This document shows, piece after piece, positions 62,863 through 64,000 of a stretch of DNA of 64,000 bases; within the stretch, counting starts at the first letter, position 1, and each line of letters begins with the position of its first letter. The position numbers were made by a program, and so were the translations under genes. The notes below the pieces were generated by a model. It saw only the letters and a program-made list of their open reading frames with translations, searched no databases and was not told the DNA's origin. Origin of the DNA: a virus (Duplodnaviria; Caudoviricetes); IMG/VR virus record IMGVR_UViG_2540341244_000008, positions 528 to 64,527 of that record; one strand, 5' to 3'.

Positions 62863-64000
62863 GTTGCCTTCGCTCTTCCATGTACTGCGCTCGGTTGTAA
62901 ATCGCCCTGATTTTGTCTGCCCCTTTGTGGGCAAGCTGCGCTTCGATCACATCGCCTCTGTGTCCAATCTCATTCAGCAAAGATGAGGCCATGGCTCGAA
63001 ACCCATGCGCCGTCATCTGCTCCTTCCCATACCCCATGATGCGGATAGCCGTGTTGATGGCATTTTCTGAAAGGGGCTTGCCTACTCCTCGAGGACCTGG
63101 GAACAGATACTTCCCCGATCCGGTGAGAGGATAAAGCCCCTTAAGGACTTCGATGGCCTGCCAAGAAAGCGGCACTCGATGCTCAACGCGGACCTTCATC
63201 TTGGCGGCCGGTATCGTCCATTCCTGCCTTTCAAAATCTATCTCCACCCACTCAGCCTTCCGAATCTCCCCTGGCCTGCAAAACGTCAGCGCCGAGAACT
63301 TGAGCGCGGCCCGGACAACACCTGACCCCTTGTAGTCGTCGATGGCCAGCATAAGCACGCCAACATCATGGGACTTCGTCAAAGCCGCAAATTGGCCCTT
63401 CTGGCGGGGCACCAGCGCACCCCGCAGGTCGCGGCAGGGGTCCGATTTGACTACGCCGATGGCGACGCCATACCGAAAGACCAGGGAGCAAATCCCGAGC
63501 ACCCTCTTTGCGACCTCGAATGCCCGTCGCTCTTCGATCCGGCGGAGCAGTGGGAGTATGTCTTGGGGGGTGAGGGCGGCTATGGGCGCGTCCCCAATGA
63601 ACGGGTAGACGTTAGCCGTCAGGCGCTCTTCGACGGTCTTGGCGTGATTTTCTGCCCACACGTTGCGCTGATTCTTGACCCATTCCTCAGCCACGGCCTT
63701 GAAGGTTTGAGCCCCGCCTCCGGTAGTTGTCCTGGCCTGCTTCTTCTCTGTGCCGGGATCGAATCCGTCCTTGAGGGCCTTACGGCAGGCATCGCGCGTT
63801 TCGCGCGCGTCACGAAGCGAAACGTCGGGCCAGGCCCCGAAGGACATCCGTTTTTCCTTTCCATCGAACCGGTACTTCCAGCGCCAGTATTTGCCCCCGG
63901 CGACGCTGAGTTCCAGGTATAGGCCCTGGCTGTCGTGGAAGCGTTCTATCTTGCCGGAAGGCTTGATAGATTTGATCTTTACCTCGGTGAGTTGGGGCAA
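62789..64000 (-). CDS. int: P4-family tyrosine integrase
   Basis: Arm-binding domain (GLYL..GGKYWRWKYR), RPGE, HGFR, QLAH, Y; start at the window edge. Confidence 0.95.
   Translation of the reverse strand: MPQLTEVKIKSIKPSGKIERFHDSQGLYLELSVAGGKYWRWKYRFDGKEKRMSFGAWPDVSLRDARETRDACRKALKDGFDPGTEKKQARTTTGGGAQTFKAVAEEWVKNQRNVWAENHAKTVEERLTANVYPFIGDAPIAALTPQDILPLLRRIEERRAFEVAKRVLGICSLVFRYGVAIGVVKSDPCRDLRGALVPRQKGQFAALTKSHDVGVLMLAIDDYKGSGVVRAALKFSALTFCRPGEIRKAEWVEIDFERQEWTIPAAKMKVRVEHRVPLSWQAIEVLKGLYPLTGSGKYLFPGPRGVGKPLSENAINTAIRIMGYGKEQMTAHGFRAMASSLLNEIGHRGDVIEAQLAHKGADKIRAIYNRAQYMEERRQLMQAWADYLDRLRESAASACPASL

Larger units (their letters stand above)
1..64000. mobile_element. Temperate siphovirus-like prophage; both ends outside the window
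   Basis: Complete module set from integrase to tail fibre; no host housekeeping genes. Confidence 0.95.

Noticed and set aside
1-64000. CRISPR array, DGR/retron, invertible tail segment, IS element, att repeats
   Set aside because: No repeat-spacer array, reverse transcriptase, invertase or transposase seen by eye; prophage ends fall outside the window

Overview
The whole 64 kb is one GC-rich, apparently near-complete temperate siphovirus-type prophage. The MucR and HTH protein styles suggest a Desulfovibrionaceae-like host (inference). From right to left: P4-type tyrosine integrase and AlpA-like excisionase; an early-left operon (UvrD helicase, a Rad50/SMC-like ATPase split into two genes, a degenerate tRNA-Pro, structured RNAs); the cI/cro switch with a 15-bp operator; an early-right operon (cII, repeat-containing C5 methyltransferase, PD-(D/E)xK nuclease, PAPS-reductase-like protein, replication initiator with iterons, MucR, VRR-NUC, Mor-family activator); a lysis cassette containing a patatin phospholipase; terminase, portal, head and tail genes; and a partial umuC at the left edge. 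Three accessory inserts interrupt the late genes. Most notable observations: (1) upstream of terS, a PP-loop enzyme plus partner converges stop-to-stop on an unannotated 43-aa Arg/Gly-rich peptide preceded by a ~350-nt structured region; (2) three ~70-80 nt antisense RNA candidates share one architecture; (3) a 38-bp putative late-promoter motif is repeated where each late module restarts. No CRISPR array, reverse transcriptase or att site was found. All family assignments come from motif recognition by eye; no database search was run.
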